Shown here piece by piece: positions 41,148 to 50,101 of a stretch of 64,000 bases of DNA. The notes under the pieces were generated by a model. That model saw only the letters and a list, made by a program, of their open reading frames with translations, had not been told where the DNA came from and did not search any database. Origin of the DNA: an uncultured bacterium (GTDB lineage Bacteria; Bacteroidota; Ignavibacteria; Kapaibacteriales; UBA2268); NCBI GenBank assembly GCA_942493235.1, contig OW818676.1, positions 4,151,820 through 4,215,819 of the forward strand, given 5' to 3'. Positions within the stretch are counted from its first letter, which is position 1, and each line of letters starts with the position of its first letter. The translations under genes and the position numbers were made by a program.

Positions 41148-44100
41148 CTATTTATTCTTCTCCGCTTTTAAAATAAATTCGGCTTTAATTACCTTTTTAC
41201 TCGTTTTGCTGATTTTATATTTATTACTTAATCGCTTACCGACTACCCAAATTATTTCCGACTTTGTAGTTAGAAGTATTATATTTTGCTTCTCCATAAT
41301 CGGAACCTTAATATTGCTTAAGAAATCGCTTACTTTAACATGCCCCTCCATACCAAGTGGCTGGAAAATATCTCCGGTCTCCCAACTACGCAATTGCAAA
41401 TATGAAGGAATTAGTTCGGCATCTATATACTCAATATTTGTATCTTTATTGAAGTCAGCAGTTTTCCGCTGTACTTCGGTTAATCTTAAAATATGCGTAC
41501 CGAGGTCATATTCGCCGGTTCGCTCTATTTGCATATCAACTTTAAAAGTAGAACTTTTAATTGAAAATACAAGATGATTTCTATCTTTAAGTACAAAAGC
41601 ATTTTTATTTATGTCGCATATTGAGCCACTCGGTGATTCGCAGAGCGACAGAATTCTATCGATAGTATTTGATGTTATTGGTAATGATTTAAATACCTTA
41701 ACTACTGATTGCTGTATTATCTCACTTTGGATAAATTCGGTAAAAGTCTGCAATTGCGGAATATTAATATAATATCTGTCTTTTCTTCTGTCTTTAATCA
41801 GAATTTGAAGCAATCCATTAACGTAAGTATTAATAAAATCATCAGCTCCACGTAAAATGGCAGCAGTCTTATTAATAGTTTCTATAATTGCTGGAGAGAA
41901 ATCCTCTTTTAATTTCGGCAATAGGTCTAATCTTATTTTATTTCGAGTATAATTGGTAAGAGCGTTTGTCTCGTCTTCTCTCCAAGCTAATTTTCTTTCT
42001 TTTGCATATTCATATATATCAGATTTCTTAATATTGATGATAGGTCTGATCAAGTGCGAATTTTTAGTAAGTATTCGCTTTTTTGGAATTCCGGTTAATC
42101 CGGTAAGACCTGTACCACGCATCAGATTAAGTAAAAATGTTTCGGCACTATCGTCAGAAGTATGAGCGGTAGCCACAAAATTAATCTTTAAATTGCCGGC
42201 TAATCTCTCGAACATTTTATAACGTCGCACTCTGGCAGCTTGCTCAATAGAAATTGAATTTGCCGAAGCATAAGCCATAATGTTTTCTGAATTAGTATAG
42301 ACCTTTAATGCGTATTTCTCTGATATTTTGCGAACTAATTCTTCATCTTCATCAGAAGACAATCCCCTAAGATTATGATTAAAATGAGCCACAATTAGCG
42401 TAAATTTATATTTTTCGGATAGCTGGGCAAACATATCAAGTAACGAAATTGAGTCAACTCCCCCGCTTACAGCAACCATTATTCTTGCTCCTTCAGCAAC
42501 AAATAATTCTTCAGTTAGGGAATATTCAAATTTTTTGAGTAAAGCCTCAACAGTTGGATTGCTTGGTTTATCAGGATTAATAAGCATTTTTGACGAAATT
42601 TTAGAATATACCAAATCATCATTCGGATTTTTCTTTAGCTTTTTAATTGGCTCCGGAGCTACTTCAAAAGTAGTTTTGATATAATTGGGGTCCATTACCA
42701 ACGGATCAATTATTTCATCAGGGTCGTCAAGTTCAATCTTTTCATTAGTGTATTTATGCTTATTCTGGAATTTTGTATTCTTATGTTTATTTCTATTATC
42801 AGACTTTTCTTTGACTTCTTTCTCTACCGCTACGACTTTCTCAATCGAAACCTCTTCAATTGGCTTATCGGCTTCGGAGCTAATCTCGTCTAATTGGACA
42901 GTTCCGGATTTTAATAATTGCTCTGCTTCTAAAGCAGCTTTCTCTGCTTTAAGCTTTTTGGCAAATTTCTTCCGTCTGTTATTTCTCTGTGAAGCCGTTT
43001 CTTTTTTATATTCTTCATTAGTAACGACTTCGCTTATAGTTTCATTAGGTAATACAATCGCATCTGATGCTAAATCAAGAATTTTAGCAGTTGTATTTTC
43101 CTTTTTATGCTTGTTAATATTTTTAGAAAAAGGCAACCTGATTATTTCATTTTTTTCTTCAATAATAGGTTCTTTAACTTCTCTTTCAGAAATATTTTCA
43201 TTAACAGAAACTGATTCAATCGGCTTATTTTGCTGTTTATTTTGATTCTTTTTACTAAAAGGTAATCTTATCGTTTTTGAACTAATAATTGTTAATATAG
43301 GCTCTACTTCAGATTTACTACTTTCTCCTCTTTTATCTTCTGCCTTATTAGTTTCAGCGTTTGGAAAATCAGTGGCATTGCTATTTCTGTTTTTCTGCCA
43401 ATTATTATTTTGGGAATTATTACTACGGAAATTATTATTACGAGAATTATTATTTTGGGAATTATTACTACGAAAACTATTATTTTTTTGTTGTGGTTTT
43501 AACCTTTGACTCTCAGCATTTGAATTCTCTATTATCTCTGAACTTACTCTTTCAGTACTTAATTTCTCAGTATTAATTTTTGATTCCACTCGTTGAGTGT
43601 TTGCAGTTCTATCATTAGAATTTTGCTTTGATTCCACTCGTTGAGTATTTACAGTTCTATCATTAGGATTTTGCTTTGATTCCACTCGTTGAGTGTTTGC
43701 AGTTCTATCATTAGGATTTTGCTTTGATTCCACTCGTTGAGTGTTTACAGTTTTTTCATTAGGATTTTGCTTTGGTTCCACTCGTTGAGTATTTACAGTT
43801 CTATCATTAGGATTTTTATCATTCAGATTCTGTTTTGATTCCACTCGTTGAGTATTTACAGTTCTATCATTAGAATTTTGCTTTGGTTCCACTCGTTGAG
43901 TGTTTACAGTTCTATCATTAGGATTTCTATCATTCAGATTCTGCTTTGATTCAGCTCTTTGAGTGTTTACAGTTCTATCATTTGAATTTCTATCATTCAG
44001 ATTCTGCTTTGATTCAGCTCTTTGAGTGTTTACAGTTCTATCATTAGGATTTCTATCATTCAGATTTTGCTTTGGTTCAGCTCTTTGAGTATTTACAGTT

Positions 44101-45341
44101 CTATCATTAGGATTCTGCTTTGATTCAGCTCTTTGAGTATTTACAGTTCTATCATTAGGATTCTGCTTTGGTTCCACTCTTTGAGTGTTTGAATTTACTT
44201 TTGTTAGAGGTTCTTGATTATTTAAAGATTGTCCATCTATAGTACTTTTTTCAAATGTATCTGATTTAACTTGACTTTGACTATTGGGCTGAATCAAATT
44301 TTTATTTCTGTTCAGAGGAGAATGTCTTTTCTGATTAACAATAGTAACAATAGCCGGTAAATTATTTTCTTTTTTATCGGATAGAGTTTTATTCGTCGGA
44401 GCTGATGATAATTTATCTTTTTCTGAAGGGATAATACTTTCCGCATTCACTTTTTTGGAGCTTGTTTGGGCTTTATCATCAAATAATGCATTGTTGTCAT
44501 TATTTGAATATTTAGGTTTATTCCTAAAACTATTCCTATTTTGAAAATCTTTAGTAGGATTAGATTCATCAGAATTTAAAGTAGGAGCATTATCACGAGT
44601 ATTTGCTTTTTGCTCTACACTTTGCTTTGAATAATGATGAGTATGCTTTGGCTTTTGCTCTACAGCAGGCTTTGCAAAATTCTCCTGTTGACTTGCTTTT
44701 TGCTCTACAGTCTGTTTTGAATAATTCGGAAGTTTGGACTTTTGCTCTACAGCAGGCTTTGCAAAATTCTCTTGTTGATTTGCTTTTTGCTCTACACTTT
44801 GCTTTGAATAATGATGAGTATGCTTTGGCTTTTGCTCTACAGCAGGCTTTGCAAAATTCTCTTGTTGACTTGCTTTTTGCTCAACAGTCTGTTTTGAATA
44901 ATTCGTTTGCTTTTGCTCTACGGCAACTTTTGCAAAATTTTCCTGTTGACTTGCTTTTTGCTCATCGGTTTGTTTGGAATAATTATTCTGATGTTTAGGC
45001 TTATGATCTAAAATCGGTCTTGAATAATTGCTTGAGCGATTATCCTTGCTATAGCCTTGTTTTGAGCCTTCATCACTTGCAGAATGCTTGCTATCAGAGC
45101 GGTATTTGCTCTTATAATTGGAATTGCTTCTATAATCATCATTATAGCCGGTATTTGGCTGATAATTTGGTTTTACTCCCCGAACTTGTTCAGGATTAAC
45201 AATTAATCTATCATCTGTCGAAAGCTTAATATCTCTAAGCAGAGGTTTTTTCTTAATATATCCGCCGCTTTTACTATCTGATTTTTCTTTATTAGCGGAA
45301 TAATTATGAATCTTATTATTTTCTGTATTTGTTTTTGCCAT
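41148..45341 (-). CDS. tilS: tRNA(Ile)-lysidine synthetase with ~900-aa N-terminal low-complexity repeat extension (single open frame)
   Basis: C-terminal ~480 aa has the PP-loop ARIMVAVSGGVDSISLL and full TilS-like length; upstream ~900 aa is N/Q/K/S-rich tandem repeats (NTQRVESKQNPNDRTV x~12; KQTVEQKASQQENFAKPAVEQKPKHTHHYS x~4) with no in-frame stop. Confidence 0.65.
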   Translation of the reverse strand: MAKTNTENNKIHNYSANKEKSDSKSGGYIKKKPLLRDIKLSTDDRLIVNPEQVRGVKPNYQPNTGYNDDYRSNSNYKSKYRSDSKHSASDEGSKQGYSKDNRSSNYSRPILDHKPKHQNNYSKQTDEQKASQQENFAKVAVEQKQTNYSKQTVEQKASQQENFAKPAVEQKPKHTHHYSKQSVEQKANQQENFAKPAVEQKSKLPNYSKQTVEQKASQQENFAKPAVEQKPKHTHHYSKQSVEQKANTRDNAPTLNSDESNPTKDFQNRNSFRNKPKYSNNDNNALFDDKAQTSSKKVNAESIIPSEKDKLSSAPTNKTLSDKKENNLPAIVTIVNQKRHSPLNRNKNLIQPNSQSQVKSDTFEKSTIDGQSLNNQEPLTKVNSNTQRVEPKQNPNDRTVNTQRAESKQNPNDRTVNTQRAEPKQNLNDRNPNDRTVNTQRAESKQNLNDRNSNDRTVNTQRAESKQNLNDRNPNDRTVNTQRVEPKQNSNDRTVNTQRVESKQNLNDKNPNDRTVNTQRVEPKQNPNEKTVNTQRVESKQNPNDRTANTQRVESKQNPNDRTVNTQRVESKQNSNDRTANTQRVESKINTEKLSTERVSSEIIENSNAESQRLKPQQKNNSFRSNNSQNNNSRNNNFRSNNSQNNNWQKNRNSNATDFPNAETNKAEDKRGESSKSEVEPILTIISSKTIRLPFSKKNQNKQQNKPIESVSVNENISEREVKEPIIEEKNEIIRLPFSKNINKHKKENTTAKILDLASDAIVLPNETISEVVTNEEYKKETASQRNNRRKKFAKKLKAEKAALEAEQLLKSGTVQLDEISSEADKPIEEVSIEKVVAVEKEVKEKSDNRNKHKNTKFQNKHKYTNEKIELDDPDEIIDPLVMDPNYIKTTFEVAPEPIKKLKKNPNDDLVYSKISSKMLINPDKPSNPTVEALLKKFEYSLTEELFVAEGARIMVAVSGGVDSISLLDMFAQLSEKYKFTLIVAHFNHNLRGLSSDEDEELVRKISEKYALKVYTNSENIMAYASANSISIEQAARVRRYKMFERLAGNLKINFVATAHTSDDSAETFLLNLMRGTGLTGLTGIPKKRILTKNSHLIRPIINIKKSDIYEYAKERKLAWREDETNALTNYTRNKIRLDLLPKLKEDFSPAIIETINKTAAILRGADDFINTYVNGLLQILIKDRRKDRYYINIPQLQTFTEFIQSEIIQQSVVKVFKSLPITSNTIDRILSLCESPSGSICDINKNAFVLKDRNHLVFSIKSSTFKVDMQIERTGEYDLGTHILRLTEVQRKTADFNKDTNIEYIDAELIPSYLQLRSWETGDIFQPLGMEGHVKVSDFLSNIKVPIMEKQNIILLTTKSEIIWVVGKRLSNKYKISKTSKKVIKAEFILKAEKNK
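43580..44200. repeat. Coding tandem repeat, 48-bp unit (some 63 bp), about 12 copies
   Basis: gattccactcgttgagtgtttacagttctatcattaggattttgcttt iterated; encodes the 16-aa unit NTQRVESKQNPNDRTV on the minus strand. Confidence 0.8.
44600..44990. repeat. Coding tandem repeat, ~90-bp unit, about 4 copies
   Basis: gctttttgctctaca(c/g)t(t/c)tg(c/t)tttgaataa...ttttgctctacagcaggctttgcaaaattctc(c/t)tgttgactt iterated. Confidence 0.75.
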
Positions 45342-45584
45342 AAGTATTTATATTTATAAAACTTTTTCTTACTTTTTTTGCCTATTTTTAGAATACAAAA
45401 ATAAGCAAAAAGAACAAGAAATACTCAATAATACTGTATATATCTTATATGTCTATAATTAGAGCGATATAAAGTATAATTTTCAATTTTATTAAATAGA
45501 TTAACATACTTCAATCAGAGACTTTTTTAAATAAAAGCACAGAAGAAATAATTCCACTGTGCTTTTGATTTATGTCAATTTGTT

Positions 45585-47150
45585 TTATTTCGCAAGTGAG
45601 ACACTTCTTCTCTCGCGAATAACGGTAACTTTAATTTGACCGGGGTATTCCATTTCGTTTTCGATACGTTTGGCAATTTCGGCAGCCATTGAATCAGCCA
45701 ATACGTCATCAATTTTCTCCGGCTCTACAATTACTCTAACTTCTCTGCCGGCTTGGATTGCAAAAGTCTTGGCAACGCCTTCAAATCCTTGAGCTAATGT
45801 CTCTAATTTTTCTAATCTTTTAACATAGTTTTCAAGTGATTCGCGTCTTGCACCCGGGCGAGCTCCACTGATAGAGTCAGCCGCTTGAACTAATACTGCA
45901 TAAGGCGATTCCATTTCGATATCTTCATGGTGAGCACCGATGGCATTGCAGACTACTTTGTGTTCTTTGAATTTTTTAGCAATTTCGTAGCCGATAAGAG
46001 CGTGCGGACCTTCTGTATTTTGGTCAACACATTTACCAATATCGTGGAATAAACCGGCACGTTTAGCAATATTCGGGTCTAATCCTAATTCCGAAGCCAT
46101 AAGCCCGGCTAAGTACGAGACCTCTATAGAGTGATTTAGCAAGTTCTGTCCGTAACTCGAGCGGTATCTCATCTTACCGATAAGCTTGAGGATTTCGTTA
46201 TGCACAGAGTGCAATCCGACTTCAAGAACAGTATTTTCACCAATACGAATGATTTCATCGTCAAGCTCTTTACGCGTTTTTTCTACGATTTCTTCAATTC
46301 TTGCTGGGTGAATTCTACCGTCAGACATTAATTTTTCTAAAGCTTTTTTGGCAACTTCACGCCTGAATGGGTCAAAACCGGAAATCACAACAGCTTCGGG
46401 TGTATCGTCAATTATCAAGTCGATACCTGTAGCTGCTTCGAAAGCTCGGATATTACGACCTTCACGACCAATTATTCTACCTTTCATTTCATCACTATCA
46501 AGGTTTACTACCGATACAGTAGTTTCGACACTGTGGTCTGATGCAGTTCTTTGAATCGCATCAATAATAATATTGCGTGATTCTCTCTGTGCGTTCATTT
46601 TTGCATCATCTCTAATTTGCTTTATTAATTGAGCAGATTCAGATTTAGCTTCGTTTATGAAATTATCAGTCAAAGTCTTTTTAGCTTCATCTTTGGTCAT
46701 GCCGCTGATTTTCTCAAGTGCCGCCATTTGCTTTTTTGAAGACTGCTCAGCATCAGTTAGTAATGCTTTTAGTTCAACTTCTTTTTTCTTTAGTTCTTCG
46801 TCAAAAGCAGTCAACTGTTTGTCTTTTTTATTTACTTGCTCAAGCTTAGTGCCTAAGTCGTCTTCTTTTTGTTTAATCTGCTTTTCAGATTGTTGCAATT
46901 TCTGTTTTCTTTGTTGAGTTTCATTTTCGAAGTCCTGCTTTTTCTTATGCCATTCTTCTTTAACTTCAAGCAGTCTTTCTTTTTTTAAATTGGTAGCTTC
47001 TTTTTCTGCATCTTTTAAAATTAATTTTGCATTTTGTTCAGCTTCAGTAATTTTAGTGGCTGCTATTTTAGTACCGATAAAGTATGCGATACCAAAACCA
47101 ATAACAACAGCAACTATCCCAACAATTACAAAGATTAAATTACTATCCAT
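45585..47150 (-). CDS. rny: Ribonuclease Y (start probably the MDSNLIF Met at 47150 rather than 47186)
   Basis: N-terminal TM helix, coiled coil, KH domain (GRIIGREGRNIRAFE), HD domain (HSIEVSYLAGLMA...HDIGK). Confidence 0.9.
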   Translation of the reverse strand: MDSNLIFVIVGIVAVVIGFGIAYFIGTKIAATKITEAEQNAKLILKDAEKEATNLKKERLLEVKEEWHKKKQDFENETQQRKQKLQQSEKQIKQKEDDLGTKLEQVNKKDKQLTAFDEELKKKEVELKALLTDAEQSSKKQMAALEKISGMTKDEAKKTLTDNFINEAKSESAQLIKQIRDDAKMNAQRESRNIIIDAIQRTASDHSVETTVSVVNLDSDEMKGRIIGREGRNIRAFEAATGIDLIIDDTPEAVVISGFDPFRREVAKKALEKLMSDGRIHPARIEEIVEKTRKELDDEIIRIGENTVLEVGLHSVHNEILKLIGKMRYRSSYGQNLLNHSIEVSYLAGLMASELGLDPNIAKRAGLFHDIGKCVDQNTEGPHALIGYEIAKKFKEHKVVCNAIGAHHEDIEMESPYAVLVQAADSISGARPGARRESLENYVKRLEKLETLAQGFEGVAKTFAIQAGREVRVIVEPEKIDDVLADSMAAEIAKRIENEMEYPGQIKVTVIRERRSVSLAK

Positions 47151-47374
47151 TTTGTTTCCTTCCCATAAAAAAATACGTGCATTCACACCATAGTATAATA
47201 AGCACTTTGTTTCTCAATTCCATTAATTATATATATTTTTAAAGTTGTTTCCCATTATATTGTTTATTAAATCATTAAGTTCATAATTATCCCTTAATTT
47301 GCTATCTATATTTATTTATATTCAAAGAACGTAAGTACCAATATTTTCGTTTATATGTTAATAAAAATAATAAA

Positions 47375-47585
47375 CCGCAACTCAACCATTGGAGTAATCT
47401 CGTACAAATCGGGAAGAACCCAACCTGACACATTGGGTGGTATCCCAAATATATTTCGCTTCCACTGAATCCCGAAGAATTACCGATTTTCACCGGTCGA
47501 GGCCTGCAATTTATACACGGAGGCTACCTCCCTTATACTCTACTTATAGGTTCTTTCGTTTGTAATGACAACGATTGAGTTGCGG
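47375..47585 (-). ncRNA. Candidate structured ncRNA, possibly 6S RNA (ssrS), immediately downstream of zapA
   Basis: ccgcaactcaa (47375-47385) is perfectly complementary to ttgagttgcgg (47575-47585), closing a ~210-nt element; internal GC-rich segments in AT-rich surroundings; 6S RNA follows zapA in many bacteria; strand and identity unverified. Confidence 0.3.
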
Positions 47586-47681
47586 CGTTAATTTTTACCG
47601 TTTCTAATATCTATATTAATCGAATAGTATTCCTCATAATAATATTAAACAAATTCCCTCGATGCCAATTATGGCTATTCA

Positions 47682-47969
47682 CTAAGAAGCATCTTTTAAA
47701 GTCTGCTCTAATTTCTCTGCCATTTTCTGCAGTTCTTCTCGTAGGAAATCTTTATCTATATTACTTTGCTCTTTTGATTGATGGTACTTTTCTGCTATAT
47801 TTAAAGCTGCAAGTACGGTTACAGTGATGGTTGACTCATTAGGCATCTTCTCCTGAACTTTGCTAATTTCATTATTAACCATGTCCGCGGTTAATTGCAG
47901 AAGCTTATCATTGCTACTCTTTAAATTATACTCTTTTCCGCCTATTATTGTCCGCATCGTAAAATTCAA
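47682..47969 (-). CDS. zapA: Cell division protein ZapA-like
   Basis: 95 aa: MRTIIGGKEYNL...TVLAALNIAEKY followed by a coiled-coil C-terminus. Confidence 0.65.
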   Translation of the reverse strand: MNFTMRTIIGGKEYNLKSSNDKLLQLTADMVNNEISKVQEKMPNESTITVTVLAALNIAEKYHQSKEQSNIDKDFLREELQKMAEKLEQTLKDAS

Positions 47970-48120
47970 TCAATTCGTTGTCAATTATACCAATTATAAT
48001 TATTTATTTCAATTGACTCTGTATTTTTTAAATACAAAGCACTTTATAGACTAAAAATAACCTATAATATTGTTTATTCCAAAGACAATTTTCAATATTA
48101 CGAATAATTAACTTTAATTA

Positions 48121-48549
48121 CTATTCGGCTTTATTATCTATTCCCTTTTTTTTATAAAAAGATGCAATTAGAAACAGTAAGCTTAATGCAAATGCTGCTA
48201 TATTGATTAGCTGAGTTGGCTCATTTATCATTAGCATCGGTATTTTTACAGGGAATTGCCCCTCTAAATAAAACCTAAATGCCCATAGAAGAAATTGAAT
48301 TCGGCATATACCTACAAAATACTTCTTATTCTTGTCATATAAGTTTAATGTAGCCAAACTTATTGCACCGGCAAATATCAATAACAATCCGGTACAAAGC
48401 ATTGCAAGCTTAAATAAATTCAATGAATTAGGACTTAACATATTGAATGCCCCCGCGTTAATTACACCACTAAGCGAGACAAAGTGCATTAGCCCAAGAC
48501 ATATCTCGATAGTTCCGGCTGTAGCCGCCAATAACTTATTTACCTGCAT
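48121..48549 (-). CDS. Hypothetical small membrane protein (4 TM)
   Basis: 142 aa open frame with four hydrophobic segments. Confidence 0.4.
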   Translation of the reverse strand: MQVNKLLAATAGTIEICLGLMHFVSLSGVINAGAFNMLSPNSLNLFKLAMLCTGLLLIFAGAISLATLNLYDKNKKYFVGICRIQFLLWAFRFYLEGQFPVKIPMLMINEPTQLINIAAFALSLLFLIASFYKKKGIDNKAE

Positions 48550-49093
48550 AAAAATTCCTGACCATCCGTTTTAAAAGACTCTTAATTATCAGTCTATGAA
48601 AAGGCTTAACAAAAAAGAAATAGAAATTGCCCAATTTTCTATTATATTGAACCCGAGTAATAAATATCAATTCACTATCTTCTGCTGACTTTTTATTTTC
48701 GGAATTATCTTTATTTTTAAGTAGTAAAGAACCTGAGAAATCCAAATGTGAGTCTTTTTCAACAAACATTATTTCACTATCATTGCGTTCATATACTTTG
48801 AAAATCCCAATCAATGAACCCTTGCCGCAGTCGGATTTCTTTGCTTCCTCGATACTGTCTAAGATGTTGCCACCTTGAAGACCTACAAATTTAACAAGAA
48901 AATTTCGTAATTTAAACAAATATAATGACCACTCCGGCATACTTGCAAAAATGTTTTTTGCGAAATAGTCAACCGATACATTCCGACGATTATCGAAATT
49001 GGCAGAAAATACATCTTCGTAATTCACATTAAGCGGATAAATATGCACTATAGATTCTCTGGGGATACTGATAGATTTTACTTCGGTTTTCAT
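48536..49093 (-). CDS. Hypothetical protein (185 aa), overlaps the downstream membrane protein gene by 14 nt
   Basis: Open frame; no recognisable motif. Confidence 0.4.
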   Translation of the reverse strand: MKTEVKSISIPRESIVHIYPLNVNYEDVFSANFDNRRNVSVDYFAKNIFASMPEWSLYLFKLRNFLVKFVGLQGGNILDSIEEAKKSDCGKGSLIGIFKVYERNDSEIMFVEKDSHLDFSGSLLLKNKDNSENKKSAEDSELIFITRVQYNRKLGNFYFFFVKPFHRLIIKSLLKRMVRNFYAGK

Positions 49094-49213
49094 AATAAGT
49101 CCTAATTTAATAAAAGGATATAAGCTGAAACGTCTGATTATTTGGGAGATCTTATGAAGAGACTATTTTTTGCCTATATCCTATTTGTTAATAAATATTT
49201 TTATAATTTTAGC

Positions 49214-50080
49214 CTATGGTTGATTCTTCAATAGAAAGCAAGTATCTTTCAATGCTGAAGCCGAACCGAAACATCCGTATCCATCGGTAATCGAATTTAA
49301 CCGCTCGTCAAATTCTCTGAAACTGAAACTTTGTAAATACCATTTCAGCATATTTTCATCCATAGCATAGACTGATATTTCATGCTTACCGAACCATCTA
49401 AATACATTCCAAACTACGCTAGATTTATTATTATCAACTACAGGACTTTCAGATATTTCTTTAAATTCTTCACCGTCTTTATGTACTGTAGTCAAATTAT
49501 AGCATCGTCTATTCATTTCATTTGTTTGCGGAGATAGGTACATTCCATAATTAAATGTATCTAAACATTTTACATTTAGCATATAATAATCAATATCGCC
49601 GACTTGTTTCCATTCAATAGTATCTTTGGCTCTCAATTTTAGTGTATCAGTCGGATACTGTAAATATTCATTACATTTTAGAATCCACTCAGTCCTCTCG
49701 GGAGTGAATGTACTGCCTTTCATAACCGAACTGTCTTTTAAAATAACGACTAATTTATACTCGGTATTCGGCTTAATTAAGTAATTTTTATCTGCGTAGT
49801 AATACCCTTTGCTACCGGTCGGGTCTATCATTAATTCAAATATTTGATTATCACCTTCAATAAATACTTTCGCATCTCTGACTAAAGATTTTTCGTAATC
49901 GAATTTTTCAAATACCGGTTGGGATTTAATTACCTTAATATTCTCTATCGGAGAGTCAACAATTAGAATCCCCTCAATAATAGTACGAGGAATATAATCG
50001 GTAATCGGGTCATCTTCGCAGGAATTTAATCCTAATACTGCTATAATAAGCACAGCTAATATATATATTTTATTTTTCAT
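49214..50080 (-). CDS. Lipoprotein (DUF4249-like), partner of the adjacent TonB-dependent receptor
   Basis: Signal peptide ending LNSC lipobox; located 21 bp downstream of a TonB-dependent receptor gene, the usual DUF4249 arrangement. Confidence 0.5.
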   Translation of the reverse strand: MKNKIYILAVLIIAVLGLNSCEDDPITDYIPRTIIEGILIVDSPIENIKVIKSQPVFEKFDYEKSLVRDAKVFIEGDNQIFELMIDPTGSKGYYYADKNYLIKPNTEYKLVVILKDSSVMKGSTFTPERTEWILKCNEYLQYPTDTLKLRAKDTIEWKQVGDIDYYMLNVKCLDTFNYGMYLSPQTNEMNRRCYNLTTVHKDGEEFKEISESPVVDNNKSSVVWNVFRWFGKHEISVYAMDENMLKWYLQSFSFREFDERLNSITDGYGCFGSASALKDTCFLLKNQP

Positions 50081-50101
50081 TTTATTTCCTTAATAATTTG
50101 A

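Noticed and set aside
42685-43245. 186-aa plus-strand ORF inside tilS
   Set aside because: Antisense to a long, motif-supported minus-strand gene; low-complexity composition.
43580-44200. Possible CRISPR array, suggested by regular 48-bp periodicity
   Set aside because: Units are contiguous near-identical repeats without unique spacers and lie inside an uninterrupted reading frame; this is a coding tandem repeat, not CRISPR.
44603-44998. 131-aa plus-strand ORF (MLFALHFALNNDEYALAFALQQALQNS...)
   Set aside because: Antisense to the tilS repeat region; the periodic protein sequence is an artefact of the tandem DNA repeat.
47302-47493. 63-aa minus-strand ORF
   Set aside because: Overlaps the candidate structured RNA region; short, no ribosome-binding context; more likely non-coding.
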